Shown here piece by piece: positions 56,107 to 64,000 of a stretch of 64,000 nucleotides of DNA. The position numbers and the translations under genes were made by a program. The notes under the pieces are model-generated. The model did not search any database. It had not been told where the DNA came from and saw nothing but the letters and a program-made list of their open reading frames with translations. Position 1 is the stretch's first letter; every line of letters starts with the position of its first letter. The DNA is from Bordetella parapertussis (GTDB lineage Bacteria; Pseudomonadota; Gammaproteobacteria; Burkholderiales; SG8-41), in assembly GCA_945901405.1 (NCBI GenBank), contig CAMDLH010000007.1, positions 3,471 through 67,470 on the forward strand, written 5' to 3'.

Positions 56107-56188
56107 TGTAGGATGGGTGGAGCGTAGCGCAACCCATCGCAATATTGGTGAACGGTGATGGGTTACGCTACGCTTCACCCATCCTACA
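56107..56188. repeat. REP family 2 inverted pair (REPIN)
   Basis: tgtaggatgggtggagcgtagcgcaacccatcgc faces gatgggttacgctacgcttcacccatcctaca. Confidence 0.85.
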
Positions 56189-56199
56189 GTTTGCGGTTG

Positions 56200-58809
56200 T
56201 TATAACTTCTGTTCAATCCATTTACGCACCGAAGCCAACGCCTCAGGCAATTTTGCCGGCTCCGTGCCCCCCGCCTGCGCCATATCGGGCCGCCCGCCGC
56301 CCTTGCCGCCGACTTGTTGTGCGACGTGATTCACCAGCTCACCCGCCTTGATTTTGCCGGTGAGATCGGCGGTGACGCCGGCGATCAGAGAGACTTTGCC
56401 GCCTTCGGTTGAGCCGAGCACGACCGCCGCGGATTTGAGTTTGGATTTGAGTTTGTCCACCGCCTCGCGCAGCGCCTTGGCGTCGGCGCCCTCCATCGCG
56501 GCGGCTACGACTTTGACACCTTTGACTTCAAACGCCGCGTCGGCGAGTTCGTCGCCTTGCGAGGATGCGAGTTTTGATTTCAGTTTGGCGAGCTCGCGTT
56601 CGAGATTTTTCGCACTGTCCATCAACTGCGTGATCTTCTGGCCGACTTCGGCGGGCGCGGTTTTGAGCGCGGCCGCGGCGGCGGCGAGCGTGTCTTCCTG
56701 TTGTTGCACGTAAGCGAGCGCTCCCTCGGCGGTGACGGCTTCGATGCGGCGCACGCCGGCAGCGATGCCGGTCTCGCCCGTCACCTTGAAAAATCCGATG
56801 TCGCCGGTGCGGCGCACGTGCGTGCCGCCGCAAAGCTCGGTGGAAAATTCGCCCATGCCGATGACGCGCACTTCGTCGCCGTATTTTTCACCGAACAGCG
56901 CCATCGCACCCGCCTTGATCGCCTCGTCGTGCTTCATGATGCGCGTGGAGACTTCGCTGTTGTGACGCACTTCGCGATTCACCAACGCCTCGACTTCGCG
57001 TATCTGCGCCTCGCTCATCGGTTCGTTGTGCGAGAAGTCAAAACGCGTGCGCATCGGGTCTACCAGCGAACCCTTTTGCTGCACGTGCGTGCCGAGCACG
57101 TGGCGCAACGCCGCGTGCATCAGGTGCGTGGCGGAGTGATTCCACGCCGCACGCGCGCGCGCCTGCGTGTCAACCGCCGCCATCACCTTGTCGCCCACGG
57201 CGAAGCGCCCGGTTTTCAACTCGCCGCGATGGCCGAATACTTCGGGCTGGATTTTTTGCGTGTCGTTGACGCTGAACGTGCCATGCACGCCGGCCAGCTC
57301 ACCGCGGTCACCCATCTGGCCGCCGGATTCGGCGTAAAACGGCGTGCGGTCGAGCACCACGATGCCGCCCGCGCCGGCGTTGAGTTCTTCCACTTGCACG
57401 CCGTCATTGTTGTAGAGAGCCACCACCGTGCCTTCGAGATTCAAGGTGTCGTAACCGTGAAACTCAGTGGTCGCGCCGCGATACTCGACGCTCGCGGCCA
57501 TCTGGAACTTGGAGGCCGCGCGCGCACGTTCGCGCTGGAGCTCCATCGCCGCCTCGAAGCCGGCGTAATCGACGCGCACATTGCGCTCGCGCGCCATGTC
57601 GGCGGTGAGATCGACCGGAAAACCAAACGTGTCGTAGAGCTGAAACACGGTTTCGCCATCGAGCATCTTGTCCTCGCGGTTGAGCGCGCCTTCGAGGATT
57701 TTCATGCCGTTCTCCAGCGTCTCCGCGAAACGTTCTTCCTCCTGCTTTAACACCTGTTGCACGCGATCCTGCGCCTTGACGAGCTCCGGGTACGCATCGC
57801 CCATCGCGCGCGCGAGATCATCGACGATGCGATGAAAGAACGGCTCGGTCTGGCCGAGCTTATAGCCGTGACGAATGGCGCGTCGAGTAATCCTGCGCAG
57901 CACGTAACCGCGCCCTTCGTTGCCGGGGATCACGCCATCGACAATCAGGAACGAACACGCGCGGATGTGATCGGCGATGACCTTCAGCGAATTGCTCGCG
58001 AGGTCTTTGCTATGCGTCTCGCGCGCGGCGGCCTTGATCAAATTCTGAAACAGATCGATCTCGTAATTGGAATGTACGTGCTGCATGACCGCGGCGATTC
58101 GTTCCAGCCCCATGCCGGTATCAACCGAGGGCTTGGGTAGCGGATGCAGCACGCCCTTGTCGTCGCGGTTGAACTGCATGAACACGAGATTCCAGATTTC
58201 GATGTAACGGTCGCCATCGGCATCCGCCGAACCCGGCGGCCCGCCCGCCACACCCGGACCGTGATCGTAAAAAATCTCGCTGCACGGCCCGCACGGCCCG
58301 GTATCGGCCATCTGCCAGAAATTATCCGAACCGCCGCCCGGCTTGTCGCCGATGCGCACGATGCGCGCCTTGGGCACGCCGATTTCGTTTGCCCAAAGGT
58401 CATAGGCCTCGTCGTCGGTCTGATACACCGTCACCCACAGCTTGTCGCCGGGCAGCTTGTAGATTTTGGTGAGCAGCTCCCACGCGTACTGGATCGCGTC
58501 TTTCTTGAAATAATCGCCGAAGCTGAAATTGCCCAGCATCTCGAAAAACGTATGATGGCGCGCGGTGTAGCCGACGTTTTCCAGATCGTTGTGCTTGCCG
58601 CCCGCGCGCAGACTGCGCTGCGACGTGGTGGCGCGCTTGTAGGCGCGCGTTTCGTTGCCGACAAAAACATCCTTGAACTGCACCATGCCGGAGTTGGTGA
58701 ACAGCAGCGTCGGATCGTTGCCCGGCACCAGCGGGCTGGAAGCGACGACCGTATGGCCGCGCGCCTCGAAGAATTTCAAAAACTGATCGCGAATTTCGTT
58801 GCTGTTCAT
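56200..58809 (-). CDS. alaS: Alanine--tRNA ligase
   Basis: ATG 58809 follows [42 protein letters not shown] and the editing-domain HSATHL are present. Length about 869 aa. Confidence 0.95.
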   Translation of the reverse strand: MNSNEIRDQFLKFFEARGHTVVASSPLVPGNDPTLLFTNSGMVQFKDVFVGNETRAYKRATTSQRSLRAGGKHNDLENVGYTARHHTFFEMLGNFSFGDYFKKDAIQYAWELLTKIYKLPGDKLWVTVYQTDDEAYDLWANEIGVPKARIVRIGDKPGGGSDNFWQMADTGPCGPCSEIFYDHGPGVAGGPPGSADADGDRYIEIWNLVFMQFNRDDKGVLHPLPKPSVDTGMGLERIAAVMQHVHSNYEIDLFQNLIKAAARETHSKDLASNSLKVIADHIRACSFLIVDGVIPGNEGRGYVLRRITRRAIRHGYKLGQTEPFFHRIVDDLARAMGDAYPELVKAQDRVQQVLKQEEERFAETLENGMKILEGALNREDKMLDGETVFQLYDTFGFPVDLTADMARERNVRVDYAGFEAAMELQRERARAASKFQMAASVEYRGATTEFHGYDTLNLEGTVVALYNNDGVQVEELNAGAGGIVVLDRTPFYAESGGQMGDRGELAGVHGTFSVNDTQKIQPEVFGHRGELKTGRFAVGDKVMAAVDTQARARAAWNHSATHLMHAALRHVLGTHVQQKGSLVDPMRTRFDFSHNEPMSEAQIREVEALVNREVRHNSEVSTRIMKHDEAIKAGAMALFGEKYGDEVRVIGMGEFSTELCGGTHVRRTGDIGFFKVTGETGIAAGVRRIEAVTAEGALAYVQQQEDTLAAAAAALKTAPAEVGQKITQLMDSAKNLERELAKLKSKLASSQGDELADAAFEVKGVKVVAAAMEGADAKALREAVDKLKSKLKSAAVVLGSTEGGKVSLIAGVTADLTGKIKAGELVNHVAQQVGGKGGGRPDMAQAGGTEPAKLPEALASVRKWIEQKL

Positions 58810-58953
58810 GACATCCTCTATGTTTACCGCCGAGTTACCGTGTTCTATTTGCCCAGACATGGCTCCCAAGGTCTTGCGGCGGCCCCGTCAATATCGGGTT
58901 ATTCGCGCGAATTGGAGCGCCACCAATTTTCACCTGAAATGATTGGAGGCGCA

Positions 58954-60084
58954 ATGCGCTTGCGATCAACAATCGGATGGCCGTATCATGCACCCACTAT
59001 GATACTGACGAACCTGTTTAAGCAGTTGTTTGGCCGGCGGCGCAAGGAATCCGTCGATGAATCCCTCGATGAATTGCTTGCCGCGGCGCGCTCCACCTTT
59101 GACGCGGGCGACCTCGACACCGCATCCAAGGCCGTTAATACCGCGTTGTCGGTAAAAGCGGATTGCGGCGAGGCCCTGTTCTATAGCGGCCTGATCGCGT
59201 TTGCGCGCAATAATCACCAGGATGCGCTGGCGGCGTTTCGCAAAGCAGCGGAACAAGAACCCGCCAATGAAAACTGCCAATACCAGATGGCGCTGTGCCA
59301 CCAGGCACTGGGTGATATGCCGGCTGCCCAGGGCTGCTGCAAAACCGCTCTTGCCATCAACCCCGATTTTGTCAACGCCTACTTCCTGATGTCATGTATT
59401 GAGTTGCCCGGCCCGCAGTACACAGAGGTGCTCACTGCAGTACATCAAAGCTTAAAGCCCGCAACTTACCTGGAAATTGGCGTGGAAACCGGCCGCACCA
59501 TTATTCTGGCAAGTCCGCGGACATCCGCGATTGGCGTCGATCCAATGCCGCAGATTCGACATGCATTGGGTAGCAACGTACGGCTTTTTCCCACGACAAG
59601 TGACGCTTTCTTCGGTCAGCATGATGTCAAAACCGAGTTCGGCGGCAGACATGTTGAGCTGGCGTTTATCGATGGCATGCATCATTTCGACTTTGCCCTT
59701 CGAGATTTTGCACAAGTAGAACGTCATTGCAATCGAAACTCCATCGTACTGGTTCACGATTGTTATCCTTTCGACCGCCGCACCGCGGAACGCGATCGCG
59801 CCACCACTTTCTGGAGCGGCGATGTCTGGCGGCTGGTCATCGCGCTGAAGAAATATCGCCCCGACCTCGATATACGCACCATCGCCACGCCCCCCACGGG
59901 CCTTGCGCTGATCCGTAATCTGAATCCAGACTCGCGCGAGTTGTCCGATCATATGGATGAAATTGTCGCGGAAATGATGGCAACCGATTACAGCATGCTT
60001 GACCACGACAAAAAAGGCGCCTTGAATTGGTTTCCAAACGAGTGGTCAAAAATCGAGGGGCTGTTAAAAGCGAACGCAGCCTGA
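58954..60084 (+). CDS. TPR-repeat plus class I SAM-dependent methyltransferase (Methyltransf_24/CmcI-like) protein
   Basis: N-terminal TPR-like helices (ALFYSGLIAFARNNHQDALAAFRKAAEQEP). The C-terminal part is YLEIGVETGRT..., FIDGMHHFDFALRDF and LVHDCYP. Start is uncertain (58939, 58954 or 58999). The rest of ORF 58144..60084 is antisense to alaS and is rejected. Confidence 0.75.
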   Translation: MRLRSTIGWPYHAPTMILTNLFKQLFGRRRKESVDESLDELLAAARSTFDAGDLDTASKAVNTALSVKADCGEALFYSGLIAFARNNHQDALAAFRKAAEQEPANENCQYQMALCHQALGDMPAAQGCCKTALAINPDFVNAYFLMSCIELPGPQYTEVLTAVHQSLKPATYLEIGVETGRTIILASPRTSAIGVDPMPQIRHALGSNVRLFPTTSDAFFGQHDVKTEFGGRHVELAFIDGMHHFDFALRDFAQVERHCNRNSIVLVHDCYPFDRRTAERDRATTFWSGDVWRLVIALKKYRPDLDIRTIATPPTGLALIRNLNPDSRELSDHMDEIVAEMMATDYSMLDHDKKGALNWFPNEWSKIEGLLKANAA

Positions 60085-60119
60085 TTACCCGAAGCAAGCA
60101 GGCATTGAGGAGCGCGGGG

Positions 60120-61085
60120 ATGCAGAACCTGATCAAGCTGGCGATAGCGTGCGCACTGGTTTGCGTGAACCCCGCCAGCGCCCAAACCGGCCCCTACCCC
60201 AATAAACCCATACGCTGGGTCATCCCCTTCGCGCCGGGTGGGGGCACCGACATGGTTGCGCGGCCCGTCGCGGCGAAACTCACCGAGCGGCTGGGGCAGC
60301 AAATTCTATACGACAATCGCGGCGGCGCCGGCGGCGTGATCGCGGGTGAGATTGTCGCTACCGCGGCGCCGGACGGCTACACGCTGCTGGTCGCGGCGGT
60401 GGCGGTGATGACGGTCACCGGCAGCCTGCAAAAAATACCTTTTGATCCGATCAAGGATTTCTCGCCGATCACCAAGTTCGCGGACGTGCCCAATATGCTG
60501 GCATCGCGCACGGCGCTGCCGGTCAACCGCGTGCAGGAAGTCGTGCCTTATGCCAAGGCCAATCCCGGCAAGCTGCGCTGGGCGTTGTCGGGCACCGGTT
60601 CGGCGGGCACGCTATCGATGGAATTGTTCCGGCTCAACAGCGGCATCGACATCATTCCCATTCCCTACAAGGGCGCGGGCCCGGCGATGATCGCGGTGGT
60701 CGGCAACGAGGCCGATTTGATGTTCGCCAACCCCGCGGTGTTCATGCCGCACATCAAGGGCGGACGCCTGCGCGCGCTGGCGGCGGCCAGCCTGCAACGC
60801 ATAGCCGCACTGCCCGAAATGCCGACGTTTCACGAATCGGGTTTTCCCAACTTCGAATCGCAGTCGTGGTACGGCCTGGCGGCGCCGGCGCGCACGCCGG
60901 CGGCGATTATTGCGTTGTGGCACAAGGAGACCATCGCCGTGCTCAACCAGCCCGACATCGTCGCGCGCATCACCGCCGACGGCGGCACACCGGTGGGCAA
61001 CACGCCGCAGGCATTCGCCAAGGGGATACGCGACGAAACCGCGAAGTGGGCGAAGGTCATCAAGGACGCCAACATTAAGAATTGA
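60120..61085 (+). CDS. Bug/TctC-family solute-binding protein
   Basis: ATG 60120. Signal ASAQ, then YPNKPIRWVIPFAPGGGTD, DNRGGAGG and IPYKGAGPA. Confidence 0.9.
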   Translation: MQNLIKLAIACALVCVNPASAQTGPYPNKPIRWVIPFAPGGGTDMVARPVAAKLTERLGQQILYDNRGGAGGVIAGEIVATAAPDGYTLLVAAVAVMTVTGSLQKIPFDPIKDFSPITKFADVPNMLASRTALPVNRVQEVVPYAKANPGKLRWALSGTGSAGTLSMELFRLNSGIDIIPIPYKGAGPAMIAVVGNEADLMFANPAVFMPHIKGGRLRALAAASLQRIAALPEMPTFHESGFPNFESQSWYGLAAPARTPAAIIALWHKETIAVLNQPDIVARITADGGTPVGNTPQAFAKGIRDETAKWAKVIKDANIKN

Positions 61086-61206
61086 ATCGATGCGCGTACG
61101 CGTACGGTCAAAATGCCATCACAAGGGATTGACGCACATATAGTGCGCTCCGTGGAATTAAAGTGTAGTTGGCCAGAACCGTAAATTAACCAGAGAGTGG
61201 AGAATA

Positions 61207-61866
61207 ATGTCCAAACCATCCGCTGTAACACACGCATTTCGATTCTTTTTGATTGTGTTGTTAACGCTGACCAGCGCCGCCGCCTGGGCGCGCTACGAGA
61301 TACGCAACACCAGCAACACCACGCTCAAATTCGACACACTGGACCAGGCGCGCGGGACGTGGAAATCATGGAGCATTTACCCGAACCAGTCACAACAGTT
61401 TCATTGGGAATCAGGGCTTACGAGCGGTAAGGTGCGCATCGCGACTGAAAACCGCGGTTATGTGCAATATGATGTTTACGAGGGCAAGCGCTATAGTTTT
61501 GTGTGGGACAAAAACAAGGGTGTGTGGGACATGCGCACTATTGGCACGCTTGCCGCCGCCACCAACGCGCCCGCGCCGGCAGCAGCCACGAAAGCCACAT
61601 GGTCACTGCAGAACCGCACCAACGAAAAACTGGTGTTTCAGACGCGCGAGCCGAACAGCGCGAATTGGCGCGAGCAATCAGCGTCCCCAAACGAAAACAA
61701 GAGTTTTCACTTCAGCCCCGGTGTAACACAAGGGAAGATTCGCATCGCGACGCAAAATCGCGGCCACGTCGAATACGACATACGCGCGGGCTGGCGCTAC
61801 AGCATCATCTGGGACAAGAATAAATCGGTATGGGATTTCCGCACCGTGCAGAAGGGCCCGGGCTGA
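61207..61866 (+). CDS. Secreted protein of unknown function built from two tandem about 85-aa repeats
   Basis: SD GGAGAA. Signal peptide ends AAAWA. Repeat 1 spans 61288-61542 and repeat 2 spans 61594-61848, sharing ...GK[VI]RIAT[EQ]NRG.V.YD...G.RYS..WDKNK.VWD.RT. An Ala/Pro linker joins them. Confidence 0.75.
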   Translation: MSKPSAVTHAFRFFLIVLLTLTSAAAWARYEIRNTSNTTLKFDTLDQARGTWKSWSIYPNQSQQFHWESGLTSGKVRIATENRGYVQYDVYEGKRYSFVWDKNKGVWDMRTIGTLAAATNAPAPAAATKATWSLQNRTNEKLVFQTREPNSANWREQSASPNENKSFHFSPGVTQGKIRIATQNRGHVEYDIRAGWRYSIIWDKNKSVWDFRTVQKGPG

Positions 61867-61888
61867 TGGATGCCGCGCGGGCGCGCAC

Positions 61889-62977
61889 CTACCGCGCCGC
61901 GCCCGCGCAGCGCGCAAGCAACACCCGTGGCGTGAGATGTTCGATCGCCAGTTCCGCCAGCAGCGGATTGTTGCGGCGCAAATCGCGGCCATAAGCAGTC
62001 GAGATCAGCGTAATCGCCGCCGACAGATTAGGCACGGGCACTTGCGCGATGCGTGCGAGCACTTCATAGAAGGCAAGGCCATACGGCACGTCTTCGAGCA
62101 CATAGCGGTGTTCAAGTGTTACCGGCCCCGGCGGGCCGCCGTATTTTGCATGGATCGCCGCGGCCATTTCGGCGTAGCCGGCGAGCGGCACCTGATAAGA
62201 AAGATGCGTGTGCTCGTGAATCGAGCGCACTTCTAGACCGAAGCCCCGCGCTATCGCTTGGCGTTCGGCATCGATGGCCTCGCCAATACGCGCGGCCGCC
62301 GGTGTCAGACAATCGAACAGCAGCCAGCGCTCGCCCTTTTCGATGCGCGTGAGATTGGGCAGCACCTCGGCGGCGTGCGCCACCGGATTCACATTGAGCA
62401 GCGCCGTCGCGAGGATATTCGGCACCGGCGTGAAGCGGCCGCCAAAAAGCGCGCGGCAAAGTTCCAGCGCCGCGCTGCTTTGCGCCGCCGGGATGGCCGC
62501 GACTTCAAACCTGGTACGCAACGAATTGATAAACACGCTGGCGCCACCCGCGTTGCGCGCCGTGGCCAGCGTGGTGCCCCACGATGCCACCACGGGGCGC
62601 GCGCCGGGCCTGCCCACGCGCTCATGAATCCACAACGGCGCAAGCGACAGCGCGCCGCTGACGATAACGGTTTGCTCGTGATGAAGATGCGGCATCACAA
62701 GCGGCAACACCGCCGGATAGGCATGCCCCGGCAGCACGATAAGCACGACGTCAAAGCGGGCCAGGTCTTGCGGGGCGTTAATAATGCCGATTTCGGCCTC
62801 GCCTTGGAGCGCGCCTTCGTATGTCAACAACCCGCGTCCGGCCCTCGCGCGTAGCGCCAGCGCGTGCGTACTTTTACCGCTGGGCGACCACAGCGAAACC
62901 GCCGTGCCGTGATGGGCAAGATACGCCGCCGCCGCGCGCCCGGCCGGCCCCGCGCCAATGATGGCAACCGTGCTCAT
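61889..62977 (-). CDS. NAD(P)-dependent octopine/nopaline (opine) dehydrogenase family protein
   Basis: 362 aa. N-terminal IIGAGPAGRAAAAYL Rossmann motif. The central NVNPVAHA...LF region is typical of the opine dehydrogenase family. Confidence 0.75.
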   Translation of the reverse strand: MSTVAIIGAGPAGRAAAAYLAHHGTAVSLWSPSGKSTHALALRARAGRGLLTYEGALQGEAEIGIINAPQDLARFDVVLIVLPGHAYPAVLPLVMPHLHHEQTVIVSGALSLAPLWIHERVGRPGARPVVASWGTTLATARNAGGASVFINSLRTRFEVAAIPAAQSSAALELCRALFGGRFTPVPNILATALLNVNPVAHAAEVLPNLTRIEKGERWLLFDCLTPAAARIGEAIDAERQAIARGFGLEVRSIHEHTHLSYQVPLAGYAEMAAAIHAKYGGPPGPVTLEHRYVLEDVPYGLAFYEVLARIAQVPVPNLSAAITLISTAYGRDLRRNNPLLAELAIEHLTPRVLLARCAGAAR

Positions 62978-62985
62978 GCCGGAGA

Positions 62986-63960
62986 TTACTCGACCTTGAT
63001 GCCGGCCGACTTGACCACTTTGGCCCAGCGCGCGACATCCTCGCGCACCATGCGAGCAAATAGCGCGCCGCTGTGTCCGGCCACGTCCGAGCCGAGTCCG
63101 GCGAGGCGTTCACGGATTTCGGGCTGTTGCAGCACACGGCCGAATTCCTTTGCCAGCAGACTGCTAATCGGCGCCGGCGTTGCGGCAGGTGCCGCGACGC
63201 CTACCCACACCGACACATTCAGGCCCGACATGCCTGATTCGTCAAACGTGGGCACGTCAGCGAGAGAGCGCACGCGTTTTGGGGCGGTGACGCCCAGCGC
63301 CTTCAAGCGGCCGGCGGCGATGTGTTGCTGCGCCGACGCCGCGCTGGTGAACAGTGACTGCACCTGCCGCCCCAATAGATCATTCATCGCGGGCGCGGCG
63401 CCTTTGTAGGGCACGTGCGTGAGATCGGCACCTGTCGTCATTCTGAATAGTTCAATCGTCAGATGCGTATACGTGCCGTTGCCGGTGGAGGCGGCGTTGA
63501 CTCGGCCCTTGTTTGCGGGCGCAACCGTGTAAGCGACGAATTCCTTCGCGTTTGCCGCGGGCAGCATTGGGTGCACCACCAGCACCAGCGGCGTGTCGGT
63601 GAGGTGTATCACGTGGGTAAAATTTTTGATCGGGTCGTAACCGGGCTTCGCGTGCAGCGCGGGGATGATGCCCATCTGCGCGCCGCTCGCGTAGAGCAAT
63701 GTGTAGCCGTCGGGATTCGCGCGCGCGGTTTCCTGTGTCGCAATCATGCCGCCGGAGCCGGGCCGGTTGTCGATCACGATGTTTTGCCCCAGCGCCTGGC
63801 CCACCGGCGCGCCGAGGATGCGCGCGGCCACGTCGGTCGAGCCGCCGGGGGCGAAGGGCACCAGCAGGCGGATGGGTTTTGTGGGGTAGCCCTGCGCTTG
63901 AGAGCTTGCGGCGGCTATCAACGTCAGCGCCGCGAACAACCTTGTGAGATTATTGATCAT
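62986..63960 (-). CDS. Bug/TctC-family solute-binding protein
   Basis: 324 aa. Signal SSQAQ, then YPTKPIRLLVPFAPGGSTD, DNRPGSGG and VPYKGAAPA. Confidence 0.9.
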   Translation of the reverse strand: MINNLTRLFAALTLIAAASSQAQGYPTKPIRLLVPFAPGGSTDVAARILGAPVGQALGQNIVIDNRPGSGGMIATQETARANPDGYTLLYASGAQMGIIPALHAKPGYDPIKNFTHVIHLTDTPLVLVVHPMLPAANAKEFVAYTVAPANKGRVNAASTGNGTYTHLTIELFRMTTGADLTHVPYKGAAPAMNDLLGRQVQSLFTSAASAQQHIAAGRLKALGVTAPKRVRSLADVPTFDESGMSGLNVSVWVGVAAPAATPAPISSLLAKEFGRVLQQPEIRERLAGLGSDVAGHSGALFARMVREDVARWAKVVKSAGIKVE

Positions 63961-64000
63961 GATTTTTTTTCGCGAGAAAGTCCTGCATGCCCAGAGCGGT

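Noticed and set aside
1-64000. Search for tRNA, rRNA, tmRNA or other canonical RNA genes.
   Set aside because: No T-loop-like GGTTCGAATCC context or cloverleaf-sized unexplained gap was seen. All gaps larger than 150 nt are occupied by REP or palindromic repeats or AT-rich divergent control regions. A covariance-model scan was not possible.

Overview
By eye this is a high-GC (roughly 65 percent) chromosomal window from a betaproteobacterium, probably Burkholderiales. That placement rests on gene content and on the syntenic core block aroG / tldD / nit / yhdP-like / glnE / ilvE / zf / waaF. Other housekeeping genes are alaS, a phosphomannomutase, clsB and yceH. The dominant theme is 15 paralogues of the Bug/TctC periplasmic solute receptor. 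No TctA/TctB membrane genes and no classical LysR/GntR/IclR regulator occur anywhere in the window. The receptors sit among small catabolic modules: GMC dehydrogenase plus subunit 3, acyl-CoA dehydrogenase, a TcuA-like flavoprotein with class II aldolase, cupin and SDR, an FAH-family gene, an opine dehydrogenase and several alpha/beta hydrolases. An accessory pocket at about 25.75-29.3 kb holds a REP-flanked RAYT transposase and a secreted caspase(C14)-FGE/SUMF1 fusion gene interrupted by a 1-nt frameshift. It also holds one copy of a 215-bp structured repeat; the second copy is at 13.08 kb. Other notable items: a YefM/YoeB toxin-antitoxin pair, an ECF sigma with a ChrR-like cupin partner, an alpha/beta hydrolase with an in-frame TAG, and a lower-GC TPR-methyltransferase. 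There is also a secreted protein made of two tandem about 85-aa repeats, and an unassignable 329-aa protein divergent from the TcuA-like operon. At the non-coding level there are at least six hairpin/REP families. A recurring AT-rich 20-mer (CGTAAGTWATTGTTTTTAWW) lies mostly just upstream of start codons. I saw no rRNA, tRNA or CRISPR array. All calls come from reading the supplied translations and the sequence; no database search was run.
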